DNA of 64,000 nucleotides. Source: Eledone cirrhosa (lineage: Eukaryota). The position numbers were made by a program, and so were the translations under genes. The stretch covers positions 18,600,001 through 18,664,000 of the forward strand of contig OZ024749.1 in the NCBI GenBank assembly GCA_964016885.1, read 5' to 3'. Below, in pieces: positions 51,952-64,000 of the stretch. A model generated the notes under the pieces. It saw only the letters and a program-made list of their open reading frames with translations. It searched no databases and had not been told where the DNA came from. Each line of letters opens with the position of its first letter. The stretch's first letter is position 1.

Positions 51952-54900
51952 AATTAAAACAACAAGAAGTAATATCGGCAGATACAAGCCGGAAGCTCCG
52001 AAGAGTATGGAGTGTACATACACTAAAGTCTTGCAAAAATATATAATAAAAATAAAAATAATAATAATATATAATAAGAATAACTAAGGATGTATATAAC
52101 ATTAAGAACCATATTACAAATATAGTCCAAAACAAATAACCTAAAGCTAAACAAAGGTGGTTATATAGAGCAGGAATTATATATAACACAATGTAATATA
52201 ATAAAATACATTATAATAATATACCTTTACCAACATTAAAATTACAATAAAAATCAAAAGGTACAATATGTACATGTATATATGTGCGCACCCGCACACA
52301 CACACACACACACATACAACAATATGCACATCTATCTTCAACTACACAAATTAAACCTTATTAGGAGTTTGAATATAAAAATAAGCATGATAAGAGTGAA
52401 AATAATAATAATAATAATACCAATACATCTACCCAATATACATGAGGTAATAATATGATATAATTACAAGAAACACATATAATAAATAATAAACAATAAA
52501 ATTATATAATTCAATATAATAGATAATCCCTGGTTAATTTACACAAACAATATAGATGTCACAATAATAATATAATAATAATAATATGTTAACAATGTAC
52601 TAACATTTACAATAAACAATATATACAAATCGATTCATACTGGGTTACAGAGTAAATGAGGAAAAATAAATTATACAATACTCAAAAAACATTATGATGG
52701 TACAGAAAAAATTATGATGGTACAGAAAAAAATACAGACATCTTACATGATATATAAAGTTTAAATATCATAATGTTACATATGATGAACAGTAAGTAAT
52801 AAGGATCAATATTACAATATTACAAAAATACAGACATCTTACATGATATATAAAGTTTAAATATCATAATGTTACATATAATGAACAGTAAGTAATAAGG
52901 ATCAATATTACAATACAATATAATATAATATATTATATAAAATAAAATAAATTGACATAAAATAATATATAAATACTTATAATTACAAGGTTAGTAGACA
53001 GACATATGTGGATGTGTAAGTAAATGCCAGACAGTGAATAGTAAATAGAATATAAAATATAGAATAAAATAAATAAATATAATCAACCGGAAATTATAAA
53101 ACAAAAACAAATATATACATTTAGGTCTCACATGCGGTTAAGTAGTTAGGTAAAAACTAAGGAAAACAATCCCTGTAAATGACTCAAAACCCTATTTGAT
53201 AAATTAATATTAAAAATATTAAAACTATCCAATAAGGTAGTATAATATTAGCTATAGTTTAAGTCATTAAAGTTTATAAACTTTAATGTTTCGTTACAAA
53301 TGTTTACAAAAAGGAATGAAATTTATGACTATCATATACATAACGATATCTAAAAAACTGACTTAAGTAGAATTAAGGTAGGCTAATGGGGACAGAATTG
53401 AAGAAATATATGGAGGATGCAAAGAGGCATAAAATATAGTCGATATACTATAATAAATAATAGAACGGAGCGTAAAAGAGGGGGGGTTAAATATAATCAT
53501 AGTCAATTTGGAGGGGTTGACAATAAGTTTATGTGCGCAGGGGGGGGGGGGGGGTTATCCAAAGATGAATCTGAATAAAAATAAAAATAAAATTAAAAAT
53601 AAAATTAAAAATAAAAATGAAGATAATAATAAAATAAGGTAAATGGCGTAAAATGTGTAATCTTATATATATTCACAAGGTGTAATAGTGAAAATATAAT
53701 ACGTTACAATGGGTTCGAGTGATTCGGCCCAGGTTACTGATCTTGTTGGGTTGTTCCTCCTTAATGAACTATACGCTACCATCCCGCACCTTATAGGCGG
53801 ACTCTATCGTGATGATGCATTGTTTGTAATTAACTCTAGCACCAACAATGTAGAACATAATAAGAAGAAGCTTTATAAGTTTTTTAAAAGCTACAACCTT
53901 TCGATCACGATAGATAGAAATGATAGAGCGGTTAACTTTTTAGATGTGACTTTGGACTTGGTCACTAATAGTTTTAAACCCTTCCATAAGCCTAATGAAA
54001 TTCTTTCTTATGTTAGCCCCAATTCTAACCACCCTAAGTCTATGATAAGCTCTATAATTAAGGGTGTATCTAATAGGATTTCCACACTCTCTAAGGACAT
54101 AGGAACATTTAATGAACATGCGGAGTACTACAATAATGCCCTAGCAAATTCTGGTTACTCTAGTAAAATACATTATAATAATAGTAACCTTAGAAAGTCT
54201 CCGCTTACTTTTAACAATAATAACATAATATCACATAACATAGCCATGAATGGGAGTAGCAAATATAGTAACCGTAAAAATTATATAGGTGTATCCGAAC
54301 CCATCCATAAGTTAACCCACCGGACTCGTAATAGCAAATATAATACCTCTAGGAGACAAGTTGAACCCCCTGTGCGCTCACGCATTGGTGATGGTTTTGC
54401 TGGATCTTATTCTAATAATGTTGCTCCTACTGATCCTATCATTGGCCCTAATCCTTTTGAAGGGATTCCGGACAGCAGCAGATCTACTGGAGGTAGAAAC
54501 TATAATAGACATAACTAAATTATGGCTGATTCTATGAATGTGGCTTTAACTAATCCTTGTAGTAACCCTAGTCTCGATGGTGGGACATTTGATAAAGGTA
54601 GGGTCGGTAAGAATAAAAATAGAAGGCGATTAAATACTTATTTTAACCCGCCATATAATCAGGATGTATCAACTAATATCCCTAGGTCTTTCTTCACTAT
54701 CTTAGATAAAAATTTCCCCCTTCTCATAAATACCATGGTATTTTTAATAAAAATGTTATTAAACTCTCATTCTCTACCACCCCTAATATTAGTTCTCATT
54801 TAGCTAGCACTAATAATAGGAAAATTAGGGATGGATTCTCCTCTCTACATACTACTAGTCTGAACGGATCTGACAATGCTTTACCACCAGAACAGTCCTT

Positions 54901-57315
54901 ATCTAATAGAAATCCTACGTGTAATACATCACCACTCGAGCCAACCAATAACACCCGGAAGTGCAATTGTAGAGTGAGTGCTAACTGCCCTTTAAACGGT
55001 AACTGCCTTTCTAAGAACATTGTCTACGCTTGCGAAGTTATAACTAATTCCTCTAATAGAACTTATATAGGATCTACTTCAAACATTTTTAAGACTAGGT
55101 TTAACTCTCATATCTCTAACTTCAAACATGTTATGTTTAAGAATTCTACTTCTTTAGCACATTATATCTGGGATCTTAAGGGAGCTTATATACCATATAG
55201 CCTTAACTGGCGTTTAGTAGCACGCTCTAACCACCTTTCTACACATACTAAGTTTTGTAATATCTGTATCCTTGAGACACACTCTATAATTTTCTCTAGC
55301 GTATCCTTACTTAATAGAAAGTCTGAGATATTCACTTCTTGCCCCCACGCTATTTCTAATTCTTACTTTTATTATAAACCCAAACGTTCTAGTAGTACAA
55401 ATTGTACCCATTAGCAGATATATTCCATTACTTATTTTTTAGTTTAGGTTCTTTTGTTTGCCAACATTATTGTTATCATCATTATTATCATTGGTTTTTG
55501 ATGACTCTTTATTCTAGCTCTCATAATCATTTGGCTACTGTACCATATCTGTCTTCTTACGCATTATATTTTCACTATTACACCTTGTGAATATATATAA
55601 GATTACACACTTTACGCCATTTACCTTATTTTATTATTATCTTCATTTTTATTTTTATTTTTATTTTCAATTTTATTTTTTATTTTATTTTTATTTTTAT
55701 ACAGATTCATCTTTGGATACCCCCCCCCCCCCATGCGCACATAAACTTATTGTCAACCCCTCCAAATTGACTATGATTATATTTAACCCCCCCCCCCCTC
55801 TTTTACGCTCCGTTCTATTATTTATTATAGTATATCGACTATATTTTATGCCCCTTTGCATCCTCCATATATTTCTTCAATTCTGTCCCCATTAGCCTAC
55901 CTTAATTCTACTTAAGTCAGTTTTTTAGATATCGTTATGTATATGATAGTAATAAATTTCATTCCTTTTTGTAAACATTTGTAACGAAACATTAAAGTTT
56001 ATAAACTTTAATGACTTAAACTATAGCTAATATTATACTACCTTATTGGATAGTTTTAATATTTTTAATATTAATTTATCAAATAGGGTTTTGAGTCATT
56101 TACAGGGATTGTTTTCCTTAGTTTTTACCTAACTACTTAACCGCATGTGAGACCTAAATGTATATATTTGTTTTTGTTTTGTAATTTCCGGTTGATTATA
56201 TTTATTTATTTTATTCTATATTTTATATTCTATTTACTATTCACTGTCTGGCATTTACTTACACATCCACATATGTCTGTCTACTAACCTTGTAATTATA
56301 AGTATTTATATATTATTTTATGTCAATTTATTTTATTTTATATAATATATTATATTATATTGTATTGTAATATTGATCCTTATTACTTACTGTTCATTAT
56401 ATGTAACATTATGATATTTAAACTTTATATATCATGTAAGATGTCTGTATTTTTGTAATATTGTAATATTGATCCTTATTACTTACTGTTCATCATATGT
56501 AACATTATGATATTTAAACTTTATATATCATGTAAGATGTCTGTATTTTTTTCTGTACCATCATAATTTTTTCTGTACCATCATAATGTTTTTTGAGTAT
56601 TGTATAATTTATTTTTCCTCATTTACTCTGTAACCCAGTATGAATCGATTTGTATATATTGTTTATTGTAAATGTTAGTACATTGTTAACATATTATTAT
56701 TATATTATTATTGTGACATCTATATTGTTTGTGTAAATTAACCAGGGATTATCTATTATATGGAATTATATAATTTTATTGTTTATTATTTATTATATGT
56801 GTTTCTTGTATTTATATCATATTATTACCTCATGTATATTGGGTAGATATATTGGTATTATTATTATTTTCACTCTTATCATGCTTATTTTTATATTCAA
56901 ACTCCTAATAAGTTTTAATTTGTGTAGTTGAAGATAGATGTGCGTATTGTTGTATGTGTGTGTGTGTGTGTGCGTGTGCGCACATATAAACATGTACATA
57001 TTGTACCTTTTGATTTTTATTGTAATTTTAATGTTGGTAAAGGTATATTATTATAATGTATTTTATTATATTACATTGTGTTATATATAATTCCTGCTCT
57101 ATATAACCACCTTTGTTTAGCTTTAGGTTATTTGTTTTGGATTATATTTGTAATATGGTTCTTAATGTTATATACATCCTTAGTTATTCTTATTATATAT
57201 TTTTATTATTTTTATTTTTATTATATATTTTTGCAAGACTTTAGTGTATGTACACTCCATATTCTTCGGAGCTTCCGGCTTGTATCTGCCGATATTACTT
57301 CTTGTTGTTTTAATT

Positions 57316-57353
57316 GCCCTGGTGAGTCCTTAATAGGACGAAACATTGTCGGA
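57316..57353 (+). ncRNA. Hammerhead copy with core substitution (CTGGTGA), probably inactive
   Basis: Matches 51914-51951 except for A-to-G in the core and a C-to-A change in stem I. Confidence 0.75.
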
Positions 57354-57648
57354 TAATAAAAACTTTTGTTTTACTCTCTTAATTTTTTGGCTCTGTTTAA
57401 CTGCATTGAGCTATACCTTTTACTGTCATTTCTATAATACGAAGAGGGTGTTTAACTCCAACACGCTCCAGTATTTTAATCCTTATATATATATATACAT
57501 ATATGTATATATCTCTATATATATACACATATATATATCTATATATATACATGTATATATATATACGTTATTCCGGGTTGAATCGGAGGTAACCACAGTA
57601 AGTAAGGTACTCAATACATTGCATAGTATAAAGGTTTTAATATAGATG

Positions 57649-57699
57649 AGATTCTACAGGACTAGAACTGTTTCATTCTTTAGAAATCATCAGGAATCT
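57649..57699 (-). ncRNA. Type I hammerhead (inverted-arm copy)
   Basis: Reverse complement of 61634-61684. Confidence 0.85.
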
Positions 57700-58209
57700 G
57701 GGTATCAAAAAATAAGTATGGTATTTATAGGTCTCTTCAAGTGGTAGGAGAGGGTGGGGAGTGGGATGGGTGTAGGTCATTGGTTGATAGAAAAGGGAAT
57801 TCATTAAAAGCTAATTCTACAAAGCTATAGTATATTTTTATTTTTAGAGTAACAAAGGCAGAAAGAATTCTATAAACAGGTTCAGGATGGGGTGCCACTC
57901 CTTATTATTAAGTTTCTCTTAAGCTAACAGGTGTCTATAAGATCAGTGGAGGTCAGTCATGGTTGATAGATTTAAAGGAAAGGGGGATTCTTTAAAAGCT
58001 AAATTCTTTAAGGTTCTACTAAGTGACAAAGGTTTAGAGAATTCTGTAGACAAATTCAAAATATTGAGTGCACATCATACAATTATCTTCAAATTTCTCT
58101 TAAACTATTCAACTATATGCCAAAAATCAACAGACACAATCTCAAACACACTCACTCACACACTCGCGTGCACCCATAAACACACACACATACACATATA
58201 CATATACAT

Positions 58210-58278
<69 letters not shown>

Positions 58279-58386
58279 TATATACATACACACATACATA
58301 CACACATATATATAAATATACGCACACACACACACATATACACATATATAAATATATACACACATACACACATACACCATACATAC

Positions 58387-58417
<31 letters not shown>

Positions 58418-58494
58418 TATATATATATATATACACACACACACATATATATATATACACACACATATATACACATATACATACACACATACAC

Positions 58495-58551
<57 letters not shown>

Positions 58552-59779
58552 CACCCTTATAAATGGGCTCAACACGAATATTAACTTCACGATGGAATAC
58601 AGCCATCAACAACTCCCCTTCCTCGACATCCTCATTAAGATCCATAACAAAAAAATAGAAACAGACATATACTACAAGCCCACAGACTCCAAGCAATATC
58701 TCCCCTTCAACTCTTGCCACCCTAGACACGTTAAAATTAATATTCCCTACAACTTAGCCAAGAGAATCTGTACTATAGTCTCCAATAAAAACATCTGCTA
58801 CTTACGGCTACAAGAACTAAAGGACACACTCATAGGAAGGGACTACCCTGCATCACTAATTGACAATGGAATCCAACGTGCCCTAAAACTCAGTACCCAG
58901 GACCTTAGACACCCTAAAGTAAATCAACCGAAACTAAAAGCTCTTCCATACATCTCCACACACAACCCTCTCAACAATGAGGCCTTTGACACCATCTTCC
59001 AGAACATCCCTGTGTTGAAAAAGGACCATAGAATGAACCAAATTCTACAAACACACGATATCATAAAGAGCAAAAAACAATCCAAGTCAATGAAAAACAT
59101 CCTAACACATGCCAAAGTACTGCCAACCAACACATGCCAAAGTACTGTACAACGAAACCCACAGTAAAAAAATACGATAGACCCAACTGTGGCATTTGCA
59201 TCAACCTAATAGAGGGTTCGGAATTCTATTTCAAAGATGGACAACGTTTTATAGTAAAACACAATTTCACATGTGCATCGGAAAATCTAATATATGTATT
59301 AACTTGCTCAGGTTGTCGAGAACAATACATAGGCCAGACCAAAAACAGCCTCCGCCAACGCATGACTGTCCATAGATCCCAAATTAAAATACAGGAATAC
59401 AGGAAAATACCACTGAGTGAACACATTGATACCTGTGCCGCCCAAAATCATCCCAACTTCAGAATCTTTCCCCTCTACAAATTTAAAGATAATGCCACCC
59501 ACACCCAGCGCATCAGCAAGGAATCTTACTTCATTAACAAATACGGACCCCGTCTAAACACTTCTCCCTAAGACGAACCCACAACATACACACGTTAACA
59601 TACATACCTACATCAGCACACATCTCCACCCACATATAAACACAATGACATACGTAAACACACATGTTCTATGGTACAACACAGAAAAATATATGTGTAT
59701 ATATATGTATATGTATATATAAATATATATATATATATATATAGTGAATATATGTATGTGTATATATATGTAGTGAATA

Positions 59780-60094
59780 TCATTTCACACCTTTTATTGT
59801 TAAGATTTTTGATGTTCTATTAAGAGAACCGATTTTACTGAAAAAATCGAATGTACACCATTTTACCAGGGGGAAAAATACTGGTCCACCCACACACACA
59901 CGCACACACACACACACATATATATATACACACACACATACACACGCGTACATTAACATACAAAGAGACTTATACACACACACACACACGCACTTCTCCG
60001 TATAAGACAAGAGTTGAAAAATATCTTTTGACATGCTAAAATTGCTTTCAGACACATTCTTACTGACCATCCCTGCTACCACGAATTACTCTGC

Positions 60095-60159
<65 letters not shown>

Positions 60160-60728
60160 ATCTTAATAGCCATTTGACACACATCCCTGCTAACCATTAT
60201 CACAACATCGAACACCTTACTACTACTACTACACACACACACACACACACACACACATATCAATCTTGGCGCAAAACCAATTTTTTATTCACATGACCTC
60301 TACCGACCAATCAAAATTGTTTTGACCACAAGAATTTTTGCAAACACCAAATAGCGCTGGAGCCACTTTTTTAACATAAAAACAGTCTTGGCGCAAAATC
60401 AATTTTTTACATTAACATGACCTCTACCGACCAATCAAAATTGTTTTGACCACAAGAATTTTTGCAACACCAAAGTAACGCTGGAGACACTTTTTTAACA
60501 TAAAAACAGGTAGAATTCCCAAAACTAATCAGATCAGAGCAAACAACACGGACACTCTATCTCAAAATTATTTTTGAAAAGCATTTAGAAATGCGCAACC
60601 GGTAAAAACTTAAAAACTTAAAACCACAACTGAATACTAACCCATACAATCACTAATACTCTTTTATTCCTAATTAAACTATTTTTCAACTGTGAACAAT
60701 TTGTCAGCATTTTCTATTCCGTTTACCA

Positions 60729-60730
<2 letters not shown>
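59780..60730 (+). mobile_element. Nested PLE 3' end/pLTR with internal duplication of about 125 bp
   Basis: Ends in the same pLTR as 51513-51705. TCTTGGCGCAAAA...TTTTTTAACATAAAAACAG is repeated at 60264 and 60386. Flanked by (TA)n. Confidence 0.6.
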
Positions 60731-60761
<31 letters not shown>

Positions 60762-60800
60762 TATATACATATATACACATATACATACACACATACACAT

Positions 60801-60887
<87 letters not shown>

Positions 60888-61073
60888 TACACATACATAC
60901 ATATATAAACACACACACACACAAATATATACACACACACATACACACACATATATATATATATACACATATATATATACATATATACACACACATACGT
61001 ATATATACATACGCACAAATATACACACACATATACGTACACACATACGTATACATAAATAAATAAATAAATA

Positions 61074-61135
<62 letters not shown>

Positions 61136-61200
61136 TACATACATACACCTACATATACACATATACACACATATATATATATATACATATATATAAATAC

Positions 61201-61293
<93 letters not shown>

Positions 61294-61633
61294 TATATAC
61301 ACACATACACACATACACAGATACATAAACATATATATATATACACACATACACACATATATATATACACACAAAAACCATGACTGACCCCCACTGATCT
61401 TATAGACACCTGTTAACTTAAGAGAAACTTAATAATAAGCAGTGGCACCCCATCCTGAACCTGTTTATAGAATTCTTTCTGCCTTTGTTACTCTAAAAAT
61501 AAACTATAGCTTTGTAGAATTAGCTTTTAATGAATTCCCTTTTCTATCAACCAATGACCAACACCCATCCCACTCCCCACCCTATCCTACCACTTGAAGA
61601 GACCTATAAATACCATACTTATTTTTGATACCC

Positions 61634-61684
61634 AGATTCCTGATGATTTCTAAAGAATGAAACAGTTCTAGTCCTGTAGAATCT
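61634..61684 (+). ncRNA. Type I hammerhead
   Basis: AGATTC-CTGATGA-TTTCT(AA)AGAAT-GAAA-CAG(TTCTAGTC)CTG-TA-GAATCT. Confidence 0.85.
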
Positions 61685-61699
61685 CATCTATATTAAAAC

Positions 61700-61735
<36 letters not shown>

Positions 61736-61744
61736 CCTATATCT

Positions 61745-61775
<31 letters not shown>

Positions 61776-61793
61776 CACTCATACACATATATA

Positions 61794-61885
<92 letters not shown>

Positions 61886-61914
61886 TATATATACACATAT
61901 ATATATACATATAT

Positions 61915-64000
61915 AGAAGGATTTAAATGGATACAGTTCAGTAAAAGGAATTTATTGACACGTGTTTCAATAATAGTTATATAACCTGAAAACAGCTGCT
62001 ATCTACAAATTATGCAGACACTCAATATTTCAATGTTATTTTCAACTACCATTTCATCAGAATAATATCATTGAGAACTTGTTTGGTTTTTATAGAGAAT
62101 ATTAAGAGGGAGGAGTGAAGTTGTTAGAAGAATAGTTAAGGGAGTGGATGGTTAGAAGAATAGTTAAGGGAGTGGAAACATATCAAAATAGCAGTGGGTA
62201 ATTAGATTCACATCTGTTATTTTGTTAGTTGAGTTTGACATTTTTATAGAATATTCATTATTTGGCGTTGGTTGTATTGGTTATTTTTCTAAATCTATCG
62301 AAGGATTAGAGATAGTAGAGATATGCATGGTTGGTTTTGTGTTTGCACTTAATTCACATACAGGCTTACATTTTTCTTTCAAGTGTACGTATCCGTTGGC
62401 CCACACATAAATATATACTTTTGATCGCTATCCCTGAGCGTCCAAGCTTTTTCTGCTAAAGTTGTTACATTTCTTTGGCTCTTGTGTTTTATTGAGTAAG
62501 AATGCCTATATAATCGAGATTTAAACGATGTTGCCGTTGATCCCACGTAATACCACTCGTTGCCTCCGGATTTAATGGTACACTTATAGATGACATTTTT
62601 TTCAAGGCAGTTATTGCCGAGGGGGCAATTGTCAGGATAGGTGCAGTTACAGTTGTGTACGTTGGTTTTGTAGTTAGGTTCACTCTGTAGTAGTATTGCG
62701 GGCGAACTTAGGTGTGGTTTATTTATGTTCTGTAGTGTATTGTCTACTGTTTTTTTTGTGCTCTTTGTACTTAAGTTTTTAGTGTTTTCGTTTAACCTTC
62801 TAGTATTAATCTTTTTTATGTGTTGTTCAAGGTTTAACGCTGTAGAGTATGACAATCTTATAGTGGTAGGGTTTAGGATTTTGTGGTATTTGTGTGATGT
62901 AGGAAAATGTTTCTTAACTATTTTAAAGAAGAGTACTGGTAAATTTGTACTAATGGAACTATTGTATTCAGGGTTATACCATAAGTACTCTTTGCATCGC
63001 TTCCCATTAGTTTTGTTTGTTGGTTTATTGGTGTGTACATTATGGTAGTAAGTGTGGGTTTGGTGTTGTGTTATTATTTCTACCTATGTGGGATTTATTT
63101 TGGGTGTTTTGATTGTTTTCATCTATATATTCTATTTTGTTGAGGTAGCCTGCTTTACTAAGGACGTTATCGTAGTACTCGGCGTGTTCCTTAAATACTT
63201 GTATGTTAGAAGATAGACCCGAGATTCTAAGGGAAATATTTTTAGGGATAGATTTAATTATAGAGATGGGGTGGTTAGACCCAACATTCGCGTACTTGAG
63301 ATTTTCATTCAATTTATGAAACGGTTTAATCAGACCAGAGTTTAAATTGAGTGTGACATCCAGGAAGTTAACTACTTTAAGGTTGTGCTCATATGTTATA
63401 GTTAGTCCTATTTCAAGTAGTAGTTTTCTTATATCTTTGCGTAGTTTTTCTAGTTTTTGGTTATTTAGGTTTTTAACTAGGAGAAGAGCATCATCACGGT
63501 ATATTCCACCGTGGAGATTACTGAATTTTTCCTGGAGTCTAAAGGCGATAAATAATCCCACAATATCAGTTATTTCCGCCGAATCGTTAGAGCCCATTGT
63601 TATGTCAAAGTTGGAGGGTCTATCTTTACGAACCCAATAACTGTTCTCAAATTTGACTATAGTTTTCCTAGCTTCTAATATAATCTTAATTTCTTCGTTT
63701 GTAAGGTCAGAGTTATCCTTAGCAAACTCAATGGCTCTATTCAGAGTTTCAGGTGATATCGATGAGTAATATTCATCGATATCAAACTGGATAAACTTAG
63801 ATTTATTCTTATTGCTAATGCTATTAAACCATCTTATTGCTTCTTGGGTCTTCCTCCAGAGTTTAATGTTAACCTTAGCCTTAATTTGGGGGATGATTCT
63901 ATTTAAGATATATTTGCTTATTTTACCTATATCTGATTTAGAGGGGCAGATTAGTCTAATTTTAGGGTCATTATCAAAGTTTACCTTATGGTCCTTAAGA
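61915..64000 (-). mobile_element. PLE (GIYRDD type), runs off the right edge
   Basis: ORFs 63040-63597 (MGSNDSA, GIYRDD, SNHP) and 62379-62855 (CNCTYPDNCPL, VIY...YVG). Confidence 0.9.
61952..62065 (-). ncRNA. Hammerhead with about 85-nt expanded stem II
   Basis: TTATT-CTGATGA-AATGGTAGTT...AACTATTATT-GAAA-CACGTG-TC-AATAA. Confidence 0.82.

Larger units (their letters stand above)
51866..57483 (+). mobile_element. PLE, 5'-truncated within RT, with 1.8-kb inverted 5' copy of its 3' UTR
   Basis: ORFs 53709-54518 (MGSSDSA, GLYRDD), 54522-54803 (YFNPPY) and 54974-55414 (CPL, IVY, YIG). 51866-53700 is the reverse complement of 55563-57383. Confidence 0.92.
57567..61700 (+). mobile_element. Neptune-like PLE, 5'-truncated, with inverted pLTR and nested insertions
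   Basis: ORFs 58592-59167 ([14 protein letters not shown]) and 59134-59571 (CGIC, LIY...YIGQT). 57635-57960 is the reverse complement of 61379-61700. Confidence 0.82.

Overview
AT-rich, microsatellite-laden animal DNA, most likely an octopus or other coleoid cephalopod. This is inferred from the tandem [11 protein letters not shown]2H2 fingers, (TA)n/(CAT)n tracts and tRNA-derived SINEs. There is one host gene: a minus-strand C2H2 zinc-finger gene (11 intact fingers, 13236-14267) with a probable non-coding first exon about 11 kb upstream. That exon region has a paralogous copy at about 5 kb, suggesting a tandem ZF cluster. The rest is transposon-derived: RTE-clade LINEs (one family has a PHD-like finger inside the RT), two Helitron families (one forms a head-to-tail trimer), a long-TIR MITE with an 8-bp TSD, SINEs, and about a dozen Penelope-like element (PLE) insertions or solo pseudo-LTRs. 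The most striking signal is about 10 unrelated type-I hammerhead ribozyme families, one per PLE 3' end. Most have palindromic stem III, and several have stem II expanded to about 40-105 nt. Many lie in long fold-back (inverted pLTR) structures. All calls were made by eye; no searches or folding programs were run.
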